Shown one piece after another: positions 1 to 14,128 of a stretch of DNA of 64,000 nt; positions within the stretch are counted from its first letter, which is position 1, and each line of letters opens with the position of its first letter. The position numbers and the translations under genes are program-made. A model generated the notes under the pieces. The model was not told where the DNA came from. It searched no databases and saw only the letters and a list, made by a program, of their open reading frames with translations. Source of the stretch: Octopus sinensis (Eukaryota); NCBI RefSeq assembly GCF_006345805.1, contig NC_043011.1, forward strand, positions 55,998,464-56,062,463, written 5' to 3'.

Positions 1-143
1 AATCTTCTACCAAACCTTAGTCACAATTTATGTTCCTATAACTAGCTTAATTATAACGATGTTATTTTACTAAATTCGTTGTTATAATTAAAATAATTGG
101 AAGAAACACAGAACATCTGAAAATAAATACAGTAACAAAAGGG
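1..143. mobile_element. End of a piggyBac-like MITE truncated by the window edge
   Basis: Terminates ...AAAAGGG|TTAA. Confidence 0.45.
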
Positions 144-698
144 TTAAATATTCTCAATATTATGATTTTAAAAGCTTGTAATTACAGATTACTACAGCAA
201 TTACAATTCTATTTAATAATAACTTATACTGCTTATATCAGAAAGGATATTTTACAAGTCACCTACAAATTAAATTACAAAAGTTAATTAGAAAGTAGTT
301 ATTTTGAATTTATATTACTTCCGTACACAATTATGAAGCAATCATTAATTAACATTATTATTTAAAGTTTGTTTTACCATTATATATAAATGGTTTGATT
401 TGTTTTGTTAAAGACAACTTATTATCATAGCAACTATAATCTCTACTTAACGTAATTCATGTAATGATAGAATATGGTCATATCTGGCATCACCCCAACT
501 ATTTACATATATGTGTGTAGAGTCCTTAAGTAAACGAAGTGAGAGGGGAGGCTTGTACAAATGGTTGTCTTTTAGTCCAAGGTCATCTGATGGGGCAGCT
601 CTATGATCAAGGGTTTTCCAACCATGACCATCTAGTATTTTTGTGTCCAGGAATACTGCATATTCAGGATTATTGGATACATCCTTTATCCTTTTCAT

Positions 699-904
699 CC
701 CTTTGGCATTCAGACTGGCCATATCCAGCCCAATTTTATGTTCAAGCTGGCCATATCCAGCCTCTCACACTTATGCTACAATGTCATTCTAAAAATAAGC
801 ATTCACATTATTGAAATCTCAAAGATATGAGATAATGCACGATTAACTCAAAAGACTGAACAAATAAGCATCGCATTTGACGGAATAATCTGAATGCTAA
901 AGGG
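699..904. mobile_element. piggyBac-like MITE
   Basis: TIRs CCCTTTGGCATTCAGA / TCTGAATGCTAAAGGG; TTAA on the right side only. Confidence 0.65.
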
Positions 905-1439
905 TTAAGATAGTAAGGTGTTATTTGTGGGAAATTTGACTGCTATTTCTAGCTGATTGAGTGCTCATATAGGGGTTGAGAGAAGACGAAAGAAAGAGAC
1001 AATATATAAAGAATATTGTCAACTGCCTTGATGGGTTTCGGTCAAAGAAATTGATCCCAGTGCTTATTTTTTAAAGCCTAGTACTTATTCTCTCAATCCC
1101 TTTTGTCCAACTGCTAAGTTACAGGGATGCAAACAAAAAACAACTGTGAATGTCAAGTGGTAAGGAGGTGCAGATGACAAATACAAACACACAACAGTTT
1201 CTGTCTACCAAATTTGTCATTTTAGGGTTATAGTAGAAGGCACTTGCCAAAGGTGCTGTGCTGTAGGAGACCCCCTTTGGTCATGAATGACCATGGGATT
1301 ACACCTAGAAAGTTACCCTCCCAGGCACAAGTCTGGGCAAGGTTGTTTGTGGAAGGCCAGCAGTCGCCCATGCATACCAGCCTCCCCTCTGCACACCATT
1401 GATGTTATCCAAGGGAAAGGCAAAAGCCGATATCAGGTT

Positions 1440-2020
1440 TTGCCAAAAGCTTGGTGGCACTCAAGCTCAAACCATCCAGAAGATTCAGCAGGCTTTTGGC
1501 AATGAAGATGCCATGGGCAAAACTCAGATCAAGAAGTGGTACAACCGCTTCAAACAAGGCTGCACCTCAGAGTGAGGCATGTTCAGGATGGCCCGAAATG
1601 AGGAGCTGAATGAGAAGGTTCAGCAAATTGTCATGGAAGACCATTGTGGAAAAATCTAGGAAATTGCTTATGAAGTGGGAATAAGCACAGGATCAGTGTA
1701 TTCCATTTTAACAGAGGACCTGTGCAAGTAGAGAGAGGGTCAGCAAAAAAATTAAGTCAGATACTTTTTGAATAAACTTTGTAATTCAAGATTTCCTGGT
1801 CAAGAACAACACACCACTTGTTTGACAGACTTTCTACTCTCCTGACTTGATACTGCATGACTTCTGGCTCTTTACCAAACTGAAAACTATACTGAAAGGG
1901 GAAGTGATTTGAGTCACGAGAGGAAATTATGAGAAAAGTGGCAGTGAAGCTCCATTGCTTTGCAAAAGTGTTACCAGCAGAGTGACAGAACTGCTGGGAG
2001 AAGTGTGCAAACTCCCTAAA
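1440..2020 (+). mobile_element. Degraded mariner transposase
   Basis: FCQKLG...QQAFGNEDAMGKTQIKKWYNRFKQG (HTH) and YSPDLILHDFWLF (YSPDLAPxDF motif); contains stops and frameshifts. Confidence 0.85.
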
Positions 2021-2369
2021 TTTGTGAAATGTACAAAATTGCTTTTTTTTTTTATGCCCAAAGGTCAGATACTTTTTTAATGCACCAAATTTGAACAAGG
2101 AGTCATTACGTCATCACAAGGCAGGACTACTCTTATTTACTAGGCCAGTGAATAAGAACATTATTAGTCTTACTTTTGAAAAAGTTCCTGGTTACAAACA
2201 AGTCTGGTACTATGTGTGCAAAACTGACCAAGGCCCCAGATGGCATTGAGACATCCTACAGATTAATATGGAGTTGCACATTTTGAAAAAAAGGTTTCAG
2301 CGCTTCAAACCAATTTATACAAAATACTTAAATAAATCATATGATTGCTGAATAATTAAGATGTTGCAC

Positions 2370-2630
2370 TCATCATCATCATTTAACGTCCGTTTTCCAT
2401 GCTAGCATGGGTTGGATGGTTCGACCGGGGTCTGGCAAGCCATGGAGGCTGCACCAGGCTCTAGTCTGATTTGGCAGTGTTTCTACAGCTGGATGTCTTT
2501 CCTAACGCCAACCACTCCGTGAGTGTAGTGGGTGCTTTTTACGTGCCACCGGCATAGGGGCCAGAGCAGGCTGGCAAAGGGCCACGATTGATTGGTGCTT
2601 TTACATGTCACTGACACGGACGCCAGTGTC
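2370..2630 (-). mobile_element. RTE 3' tail fragment
   Basis: catcatcatcatttaacgtccgttttccatgctagcatggg..., same family as 39853. Further copies near 19960-20090, 41000-41080, 57380-57510, 57990-58360 and 63440-63680. Confidence 0.85.
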
Positions 2631-5569
2631 ACATATTTAAATTAGGCGAGAAGATATGTTAAGAGATTTGGGTAAAACAAAATGAAAATTTTCAATAAGA
2701 TTTCCAAACTGTTTTTATATTAATAAAATCATTTTCTTATTGTTAACAGCAACTTTAAGACATGCAAAATCCATGCACTACAAAATTCAAAGACAACAGT
2801 TTATCTCAAGCATTTAAAAAGACACAAGGGTTAAGACAATGGACACACAACAGAGTGAAACTATTGAAATCTAAGGGTAGAGCAAGCATCCCGGCCAAAT
2901 ACATGGAGCCCATGTTTGTTACATAGTTTCCATGTGGCTGTATAGATATAATTTGAAATAATCCATTAGGAGGAGTTTCTCGGACTTAACATTATTTTAA
3001 CCAATCTATTAGCATAGTCTTAAAATAGGGAAGAAATGTTATTTTTTCAAAACAATAATTTTACTTTATTTGGGATAAAATATGACAAACAGGTGCAAAA
3101 CTACCATTATGAAAGAAACTATTTGAAGGTAAAAAAACCTCAAATAGAAGATGAGGTCACTGAAGGTGTTGAATTCACAAAAAGCATAGTGGGAATTTGA
3201 ACCTATGGCATAGGAATTCAAGTAGCTTAACCACACAGCTTCCATGCATCTCTTAATATTGATCAGAATCCTTTCCCATCAGCTACCTAAAAGAATAGGA
3301 TACATTTGGAAATGTTTCTTTTTCATAGGGAAATAGAACTTCATTCACTCTGCACAGTTAAGGTACGTTGATTAAAAATTTACAGTTTCCGTTAGATATA
3401 GAAATATCCCTACCCAGAGTCCACTGTCAAATCATTGCTTTCTTTTGAAACGTCTTCTTCATAGCCATCATATGGTAACTTCAGTACAGACATTATTCTT
3501 GGAGCTGGAGAGGATCTCCAACTTCACACATTCCAGATCAGAACTGAAATAGACATCATATGAGGTGACGGACTGATTCCTACAGAAGCTGGAGAAAACA
3601 ATATACAGGAGACTGTTTAAAGAAGTGACTACCTCTCTATGGCCACCACTCACTAAGTCTCAAAAATCTACCTTTATATCTCAGCTTTCTGAAATAAATT
3701 ACCATTATATTATCCTTTGATTTGTTTCATCTCTTGAAGAGAGAGAGAGAGAGAGAGAAAAAAAGGTAAGTCCCAGCATTTTAGTCAAGCACTACCATGA
3801 ATGAAAACAATAAAACGAAGTTGCACATTTTGAAAAATAGGATGCAGCTCTTTAAACCATTTTAAGAGTTAGTGTTTAAACTATATTAAAATCACAGCTA
3901 TATGAGACAATGGAAGAATAAATTAATACTCCAGTCAAATTCTGGCTCAACTTTTTAAGTTATTTTCAACAGTTTCTCTTGTTTTTACAGTTTAAAATAT
4001 AATTTATATACAAAATATAAATAACAAAATAAATTTACTAGTTATTATTGAACTATGTTTATACTTTGGTTTTATAGTAAAATAAATGTTCAAATCTTTG
4101 TAGCATTGATATTAGTTTCAAATATAAAAATGATCAAAATTTCAAATAACCAGAATTAATTGAAAATAATTCATTTGATTGATATGTAGTTTTATAGTTC
4201 ATATATTTCTTCATTAAATTCAAGAGAAATATTGGTTTTGTAATTTTGGAAGCCTTACAGAAATTAAAAGAAAAGAGATTGATAACTAATGAGTTTGAAC
4301 AGTTTCATGCAATTATTATTTTCATTCAATTTTGGCAAGTTAGATGAAGAAAAAAATAAAAAAGTCAAGCAAAGTTAGCAAGTTTAAAATTGAAGCATAT
4401 TGTTTAATAGTTAAATTAATAGTTTTTGCTCAATACAAATTACTAAAATATATTAACTGTTTAAATAATCAAATACAAAGTGGATGCAATTCTTTCTTCA
4501 AAACTAGATGCTTGATGACAAAAGTTTATGAATAACTTTGAGCTGTAATATTTCTGACAGGTTTTGAACCCACATATTAGAAATTAGAAATGTTTCACTA
4601 CTTGGTTCTTTGACATTCCTAACTTTTAGTTGTCTACACTCAAATTTGTAAGAATAGGATAAATTACAAGATTTAACAGCAAGGAAACAATCTCACCAAG
4701 GAGTCTATTTATTGGAAATCTATAAGTAAACAAACAAATCTTTGTATTTTAATTCCTGATACACAATTGATCAAAGTGGTTTCCATTCATGTGAACAAGA
4801 TGAATATTAATATCAACCATAAAGTTAGATATTTTATGACACCAAAGCTATTTATTGGGAAACTATTAACAAATAATTATTTCTTTTGAGGTTCCTTCTT
4901 CTATCATATGTGTGTCAGGCATATTACTGTGTTTACTGATGAAATACCTAACAATGACTCAAGACTTTCAAACAACAAACTGAAGCATACAGTATTTTCA
5001 GGTATATGGCAGTCTGACTGAAGAGATGCAAGTTTATGTTTGTACCCCAAATATGCTTAAATCATGGTACTCACCTTATTGATATAAACCTGGCTAGATA
5101 TACTGATAGAAATATTGAATGACCCATACATCAGAATTTACAATGCTTATGCTCCAATGATTCAGTGTATAGTATCATAGAATTTACCACATTTATTCCA
5201 ATGAAGAAAGAGTAATATGGCTTGGCAAGGTTCAAACTCAGAATTGTTAGGGACTTAATCTGATGATGCATTTAAACCTAGCATCTCATATCTAAATCAC
5301 ACACACATTATGAATTTATTGCGTGTGGTATTTAGTACACCACATTTAAACTGAATTATCCAAATTTATGTGATAGGCCCTCCTAAGTTATTTTTCAGTC
5401 TTTTTTTTTCACTAAATTACCCCTGGCCAGAAATATAATTTTCTTTTGATTTGCAGGCAAGTTGACAGTGTAACTAAGCTGAAGATGTCTATCAGATTGA
5501 AGCATTTATTCTCAATTTCTCAAAATTATTCCATCTCCTTAAGGCTTGCTAACAACTGCTGCTAGGCTT

Positions 5570-6720
5570 ATCAAAGGGGAATTTTTAAAAAATATTTCTT
5601 GAGTATGGCATTTCAAGCCTCTTGGAAAGATTTGAAGAAGCAGAAAACTACATCAAGTAGCTCAAAAGGAAACTGTCAAGAATATTTAAAAAGAAAAGGC
5701 ACAGAAAATGAAGGTTGGTTAATGTCCTTACAGCACGAAGAGCAGAAGCAGGAATTGTTTTGGATTGCAAAGTAGTTTACTAGAGTTGATAAATAATGGA
5801 GAAGTGTGTACGAATGGAGAACGGTACACCTGTCTTGACTAATATCGAAAAGAGGCATGGAAGTGTCATGAGCAGCTGTCAAAAAGTAGAATTCATGGAA
5901 GAAAGTGAGTCTTCCAAGAGTAAACCCAGCCATTCAAGTTGACAGCAATAGGATAGGTAAAGCATTTAGGGACATGAAGGAAGTGAGAGCTCCTGGTTCA
6001 TGAGGAATTATTGCTGAAACATAATATCTGATGGGGTAGAGTATGGGCTCACCATCCCAGTCAATCAGGGATGAGTCAATGGGAAATGACTGACACAGCA
6101 GCTAGAAGAGTAAAATAAATGCATTAGGGAGAGAGAGAGGAGTTGTTGGATAAGATAAGCTTTGTGCAAGCAGAGAGTACAACTGATGCCATCTTCATAC
6201 TAAATTGCAAAAGGACTTCAAAGTAAGCTACTGATCTGGAGAAAGTCTTTGACAGGGACCCCCGTCATACTAGAAAATGAATGGCATATGAGGGCTATAC
6301 AGTCATACAAACCATGTATGTACAAAGCTATGGTCAGCAAGGGTTACAGTGATGAATTTAGTGTGCAGGTTGGTGACGGGGACCAGTTCTCAAGCTCCTA
6401 TTTATCATAATCCTTCACGCAATAACAGAAGAATTAAAGATTGTCTGTGAGAACTCCAATGTGTTGATGACATTGTTCCTGCAGCTGACTCTGTAGAATT
6501 AGAGAAAAAATCCGAAATGTGGAACCAAAACCTAGAATTGAGAGGTCTCAAAATAAATTTGAAGAATATAAATAGGGGAATGGCCTTATTCAATATGCAG
6601 AAATGAAGTAGACTGGATTTCTATATGGTGTACCCAGTGTTAACTATGGTCACACAAGAGGTGAAGCAGTATCATAAGCAGGCTAACAAAGAAACAAACT
6701 TTGTATATGGCAGATGCATA
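5570..6720 (+). mobile_element. Degraded RTE-clade LINE reverse transcriptase
   Basis: STTDAIFI, DLEKVFDR, EFSVQVG, FIIILHAITEE, VDDIV, then a decayed Cys-rich finger. Confidence 0.85.
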
Positions 6721-8229
6721 GGGATGTGTGTGTGTGTGTATATATATATACACACAGACAGACAGACACACACACACACACATATATATATATACACACA
6801 CACACATATATATATATACACACATATATACACACACACACATATATATATATACACACATATATACACACACACACACATACACACACACACACATACA
6901 CACACACACACACATATATATATATACACATACATACATACACATACGAATATTCGAGTATATATATATGCCCTAACCCTATATATTACCACTTTTAAAC
7001 CTCCAGTGTAGCTGTTATTTTACAGTTAAGGATATTAGAAAATACACGCCATAATTACGACATATCACAAATTTGAAAATTTAGTTCACATTGTCAGGTA
7101 TAGTTTTTAGGATGTCATAAAACAGATTCCGTTTTTCGGGTGTTTTTGTATAGAGTAACCAATAGGGAAAAAAATTAAACCTAACCCCTAATATCAATGT
7201 AATCGAATATTTCATCAGTGATGTCCTCAACAATTTAACTAATTCATTAAGTATGTTATTTTTGATTCTTGATGTAGTTGGAAGAGAATAATTCCTAAAT
7301 GAAACCATTTAGTTATGTATCCTGGACGTCGAGTTCAAATCACACCGGGAGTCAACTGATGTTTTTATCTTTCCTGGACCGATTAATAATTTGAACATGA
7401 GTCAAGTCGAGAAATCGATTAAATCGACTTGTAGCCTGATGCCAATATTAGGAATCGTTAGTATTATTAAAAGAGTATACTTAGTAGAAAAGATTATTAT
7501 TGTTACTATTATTATTAAAATCGTCTCAGAAAGCACATGACTGATTGCACATAAAAAAATGTTAAAAAAACACACATTTGATTTAAGCCGAATTGAAATA
7601 CGAATAAACATTTCTATAATAGGCACAAGGCCTGAAAACTTTTTTTGGGGGGGAGTAAGTCGTTTACATTGACTCCACCCCAGTACTCAATTTGTATTTA
7701 TTTTATTGACCCCGAAAAGATGAAAGGCAAAGTCAACATCGGTGGAATTTGAACTCAGAACTTAAAGAGAGACGAAATGCCGCTCAGCATTTTGTCTGTC
7801 ATTATATGTTAGGGTGCAACAAAGGCCTAAAGTAATAGCTTCAGATTCAATTTAACAATTAATATATCAATTAAAACAAACAAAACAAACTTGTATGTGT
7901 TTAATAAGAAAAGAAACGAAAGAGCAATTAAATAACTGGGACGTTGGGGGTAAAACAACCATTTAATTTGGAACATTATTCAATCAGTTATTCGACTCTA
8001 CGTTCTGGGTTCAAATACTGTCGAAAGCGACTTCGCCATTCAGCCATTCGGGGGGCAATGAAATAAGTACCAGTTGAGCCGAGGGTTCAAGGTAATCGAT
8101 CAGCCCCATCAATCGAAATTTCAGGCCTTGTGTTTTGCAGCAGAAAGTATTATTCAATGAGTTATTATTTTCTATTATAACTTTGTAGTTAGTATTTGGT
8201 TAGTTGTTTACTTGCGGCAAGTCAATAAT

Positions 8230-8248
8230 AGGAAGGAGCCAGTATATA

Positions 8249-8320
<72 letters not shown>

Positions 8321-9449
8321 GTTATATATATATATATACACACACACACATATATATACACACACACACATATATATACACACACACACACACATATATA
8401 TATACACACACACACATATATATACATACACACATATATACATACACACATATATATACATACACATATATACATATATATACATATACACATATATATA
8501 CATATACACATATATATACACACATATATATACATACACATATATATACACACATATATATACACACATATATATACACACATATATATACATATATATA
8601 CATATATATATACACACATATACACACACATATATATATATACACATATATATATACATATACACACACACATATATATACACATATATATACATATACA
8701 CACACACACATATATACACACATATATATACACATATATATATACACACACATATATATATATACATACACACACACAAATATATATATATACACACACA
8801 CACATATATATATATATACACACACACAATACGTATATGTATATATATATATATATACATATGAGCACACAACATATCTGTATGTATACACATACTTTAA
8901 TGGTAGTATAGAAAGTTTAGTCAAGTGCAAAATAAGAACATGATGAATATTGGCTGTTTAATTAATAAAAAAGTGATGAGATGTGGCGAGTTGAAGAGAA
9001 TAACATGCAACAAATACTGTGTTTGTGCACCTCTAGACACGCATCATCCATCTCGATGCATCAACTCAAAGGAGTTATTTACAAACAGTTCAATTAAATT
9101 ATTATTTCGGAACCTGAATATGAAAATTTATATACATTTTCATATACATATATACATACATACAGACACACACACATATATGTATATATACACACACACA
9201 TATATATATGTATATACACACACACACATATATATATGTATATATACACACACACATATATATATGTATATATATAACACACACACATATAATATATATA
9301 TGTATATTACACACACACACACACACATATATATGTATATACACACACACACACACATATATATATATGTATATACACACACACACACATATATATATAT
9401 GTATATACACACACACATAATATATATATGTATACACACACACACATAT

Positions 9450-9481
<32 letters not shown>

Positions 9482-9815
9482 TTATATATATATATATATA
9501 TACACACACATATATATATATACACACACATATATATAATATATATATGTATACACACACACACATATATATATATATGTATATAACACACACACATATA
9601 TATATACATGCATACATACATATATATGTATGCATGTAAATATATGTATATGTGTGTGTGTATATATATGTATATATATATGAGTGTGTGTATATATATA
9701 TACAGATACATATATATGTATGTGTGTATATATATATATATATGTATACATATGTGTGTGTATGCATGTATGTATGTATATATATATATGTGTGTGTATG
9801 TATGTATATATACAT
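8230..9815. repeat. Two long compound (TA)/(CA)/(TG) microsatellite blocks (8230-8870, 9130-9815)
   Basis: Direct inspection. Similar blocks at 6725-6965, 23490-23750, 24040-24365, 27270-27640, 49060-49260, 54940-55505, 60345-60530 and 62460-62610. Confidence 0.97.
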
Positions 9816-9969
9816 TAGATAGCTGGACACACAGACACAATGAGTGGAGAGAGAAGAGGAATGACGCACAAAACGAAGACGAAAAGCCTTTTCCTCGCCA
9901 CAAATCGCAAAGAAATGGTGTTTATTGTTAGAACGAGTTTAACTGCAAGACCCCCCCGAAAAGGATGTT

Positions 9970-10650
9970 TCACTTACCAGACGGAGGCCGGGTATCATAA
10001 CAAACATGTGCGCCTACTTCTCACAACCAATATTGTTCCATATATTCCGGCAATTCCGTTCCAATATTATTCCATATATAATTTTATTGCAATATTTATT
10101 CCATGGGAAAAATCTTTCAGAGATTCCGCAAGATGGCGGATGGCTGAGTCGAAGAGAGGCGGAGGGATATGGGGAAACAAGCTCGATGTGTTTTGTTTGA
10201 TGTCTGAAATATGAAGCATTTCTATACCGGTAACTAACTAGGTTTGCAATTGGCGTTGTACTTTTATCAATTCGGAATGTTCGCCCGACAAATCGTTGTC
10301 ATTTTGTGCGGCATTTAGCAACAGCTATTAATGTTTTTTAAGGAACTTTTTCGATGACGGGGGAAGGATATTTACCGGAAGTCGATTGTTAGCTGCTATC
10401 ATGTGTATACTGCTACATCCGGTTTCATAGCGTACTTAGTAACAGTCCACGCCGCCAACCCGACACGAGGACCAGCTTTGTTTCACAGCATTTCACACTC
10501 AGCATTTTCTTAGACTGAATTACATAAAATATTACGGTTATTCATTTTATATGCATATGTTGTCTTCTATATTTCATTCATGAGGTTCAGTTTTCTTACA
10601 TAATTTTTTGTGGTGAGGATTCGAGATGACGTTACCATAGCAATAAGAAG
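9970..10650. promoter_or_regulatory. Candidate promoter or first-exon region (possibly bidirectional)
   Basis: Non-repetitive and CpG-richer than its flanks. YY1-like CAAGATGGCGG (about 10130), ETS ACCGGAAGT (about 10374), RFX half-sites TAGCAAC/TAGTAAC (about 10316, 10436), X-box GTTACCATAGCAAT (10631-10644), and a minus-strand donor CTG|GTAAGTG with the exon ending at 9978. Confidence 0.45.
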
Positions 10651-13554
10651 TCTTGTGAAAATGAGAAACCGTCGGCGCACTTTGTATTATTTAATGCCAG
10701 CAGATTCTCAGGCTTCTGAGCTGGCAGAATCGGACAAAATGCCTCAGCAGTATTTCTTCCGATTTCAAATTCTTCCCCGGTCTAGCTTGCCTTACATCCT
10801 TTCGGGGTCGACAAAATAAGTCCTAGTCGAATACTGAGGTCGATGTCATCGATTTGTCCCCTTCCCCTTAAACTGTTGACCTTGCGCCAAAATTTGAAAC
10901 CATTATTTTAAGGAGATTCTTTCATGTTATTTGTTGATCGTTTGTGGAACCTAATCGCATTGTTTATAATAACTTACACTCATTTCCTTTTTCTAAAGAG
11001 ATATTCATTAGTTAACTCCAAGTTAGCCTTGTAGGAAGTCTTTGATCGAAGATGTTCCAGTTTTTATTTCTTTGTGCGTTTGGCTGTGTGGTACGAAGTT
11101 TGCTTCCCAACCACATGGTTCTGAGTTCAGGCACTGCGTGGCACCCTGTGTAAGTGTCCTTGACTATAGTCCTGGGCCGACCAGTCCTTCGAAGGGAGTT
11201 GGTAGACGGGAAGAGATAGATAGATACCCTTGAGTGTGTTTGTGTTTGACTACTAACACCACTTCACAAACGATGTCGGCTTTTTTTACGTCCCCGTAAC
11301 CTAACGGTTCGGCAAAAAGTATCCGATGAAATAAGTACCAGGCTTAAAAACGTAACTGGTTTGATTTGAGAGAAAGAGTTTGTTGCTATTTCTAGCAGAG
11401 CAATCGCACAGAAACTCAGTTTTAAAATGAATTTCTTAATCATTCGTCAAACATACTTTCTTCTACATGTGGTTGATGTTATTTTATTCATTGTACAGGG
11501 ATAAACATTTATTTTTATCTGTTTTTAATTATGATAATCAGAGATCTTGTCTTTCGACAAGGAATTTTCGATGTTCATATTTTAGCAGATCATTAGCGAC
11601 ACAAAAATGAATTAGTTACGCAAGAACGTTAATTCGAACCCGGCACCACAGACAGTCTCGGGTCACCTTCAACACGATCGGCTACTGTCGTTGTGCACCT
11701 TGCACATAAATCTTATCTTTGACTTAATGTGTGTGTGTGTGTCTGCGCGTACGACATTGCTATCTTAAAACAAAGGAATTGAAATAAATCAGGAGGGAAA
11801 CGTATCACAATTCATTTAGATACCATAAATAATAACAGTTATTACATTGATATTTTAAGCCGCTTCTTAACTAACAATGTATGGCTTCTACGCTATGACA
11901 ATACGGTATTACATGACAGGGGAGGGAGGAACCACGCTTTATTTACTCTTTCATACGTATACATACTTGGAGTCAATGGATGTTTCGGATCTTGCATCAG
12001 TGACCGGTAATAAAGTGACAGGAAAAAAAGTTGTAATTAATTTATGGTGGCCGGGAATAGAGTTACAGGAATAAAAAAAAAGTCACAATTAATTTATGGG
12101 ACCCGGACAAAACCCCCTCGGACCCCACTTTCTGGACTGTTTTTTTTACCTGGATTTCTTGCATCATGTACCCACCTCATTCAGGCAACCAGATCGAAGT
12201 TGATTAATATTTATATATGAAACAACGAAAAAGAAAAAAAAAAGAAAACTTTTTTTTAACGGATTTTGTTGGTGAAATGATCAGGTACCCCACTTAATGA
12301 TTTTGTGGCATTCCCTTAAGCTTCTTGAAACTGTGAGTTCATATCCCGCCGAAAGCAATATCCTTCCAAGGGTAGATAAAATAAGTACTCATCAAATGTT
12401 TTTGTTGATTAAATTGATTTCATTGGAAATCAATATTTGTGTGCAGTTGCTGTCTTCCGTCTGGTCACACTGCGCACTTGCCCCGCGTGTCTGAGGGCCC
12501 AAAGCTAATTTATGTATCCTGTGGTTTGCTGACAAAAATATAAATGCTTATTAGCCTCAGCTCATGGCTTTGCCTCTGGGACTATAAGTCCTTGTTTATC
12601 TGCTTTACTCAGCAAATAATAACCCTCCATCAGGCGAATTTCAATTCACTTAATCGCTTTCATTCTCCAGAAGCCGATAAAATATACACCAGTCTTTTTC
12701 TAAGGACCGAATTCCCCTTCCTTCAAATAACTGGTTTTCTTCTTACCTACAAATCAATAAGTTACAGGTCCCTATCAGGGTATATATATCATGTCATTTG
12801 CATGTTGTGCTAATCGACTTCAGAATGCAGGTATTTTAAGAATTATTACTTAAAGAATACATAATACAACAAATTCTTTAAACGTCCCTTGAGCTGATCA
12901 AATGATTTCTAGCCTGTTTTTAGTATTATTCTATCTAGGACTATATTATTCAAAGTACCCTTTCATTGTTTTAAGACGGTAGGTTTGTAATGTGAGAGAG
13001 GTTTGGCTGCTATCTCTAGCAGTTTCTTTGATAACACAGTTTCCTCGTAAGCAAGACTTGTTCAGTTCCATGTCAACCTTAGATTATAATCAAAAGCATT
13101 CCACCTTTGGCCATCGTGTAATTTTTTTCAGGACAACACTATCCGATGTATCACTTTTTAAAACGGAGAGCAGTGATTTAACTGATATTTCTAGCATAAA
13201 GGCTCTACACGTGAAAAACTATTAGCCCCAGGCAGGCAGGCTCTGATAAAGAAAAACTTAAAATCAAAGGCGTTCCAGTCGTGTTCATCCCGACTTTTTT
13301 CCAGTTATATTTCTGGGATGAAATGTATAATTTTTTTTTAAAGACGGTACGATAATGTGTGATTCTAAGGGAGATTGTCTGCTATTCTCGGCAGACCGAA
13401 TAATCGCAAAAGGGCTAAATCCAATGTCAAGGAGCTTTCTCTGAGATAATGAAGAGTTCTTTGTGTAGTCGCACAATCTGCTAGTAACAACAGTCAAATC
13501 TCCCTAAACGCTAATCCAGTGTCATCATATGTGGTCAGGGACATATTCAATAAA

Positions 13555-14128
13555 ATACCTATTTCTTTACTACCCACAAGGGGCTAAACACAGAGAGGAC
13601 AAACAAGCGGATTAAGTCGATTACATCTACCTCAGTGCGTAACCGGTACTTATTTAATCGACCCCGAAAGGATGAAAGGCAAAGTCGACCTCTGCGGGAT
13701 TTGAACTCAGAACGTAACGGCAGACGAAAATTCAGCATTTCGCCCGGCGTGCTAACGTTTCTGCCAGCTCGCCGCCCTATTCAATAAAATACCTTTTGAT
13801 CGAGCAGACTTAAAGATCAAAGGCGTTCTGTCCGTGACCATCTCGCCTTTCTTTGTTGAGTTCAGGAACACATTGTCCAATATGAAGTCGAAATACCTAT
13901 TTCTTTATTACCCACAAGGGGCTGAACATAGAGGGGACAAACATTGACAGACATAGGTATTAAGTCGATTATATCGACCCCAGTGCTTAACTGGTACTTA
14001 ATTTATCGACTCCGAAAGGATGAAAGACAAAGTCGACCTCGGCGGAATTTGAACTCACAACGTAACGGCAGACGAAATACCGCTAAGCATTTCGCCCGAC
14101 GTGCTAACAATTCCGCTAGCTCGCCGCC
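13555..14128 (-). mobile_element. Two adjacent copies of the abundant octopus-type SINE (Meta-domain-like core GCCTTTCATCCTTTCGGGGTCGAT)
   Basis: Head GGCGGCGAGCTGGCAGAAACGTTAGCACG, B box GAGTTCAAAT. Other copies near 7610-7800, 8000-8130, 10710-10890, 16460-16660, 24083-24265, 29815-30040, 35570-35640, 38285-38585, 41575-41740 and 46345-46600. Confidence 0.88.

Noticed and set aside
447-722. 91-aa minus-strand ORF with protein-like composition
   Set aside because: Starts inside a MITE TIR and crosses a dispersed repeat; no splice signals or recognisable domain.
3414-3688. Possible minus-strand exon (tttcag acceptor at 3689)
   Set aside because: All three frames contain stops, the donor is weak and no homology was recognised.
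6625-9931. Many long ORFs rich in Y/I/H/T or C/V/M (also at 23410-23883, 27187-27825, 52942-53790, 60247-60568, 62371-62688)
   Set aside because: Translations of dinucleotide, trinucleotide and tetranucleotide microsatellites that lack stops by construction.
12730-12765. Minus-strand ttgtag|GTAAGA resembling a recursive splice site
   Set aside because: No supported minus-strand transcript spans it.
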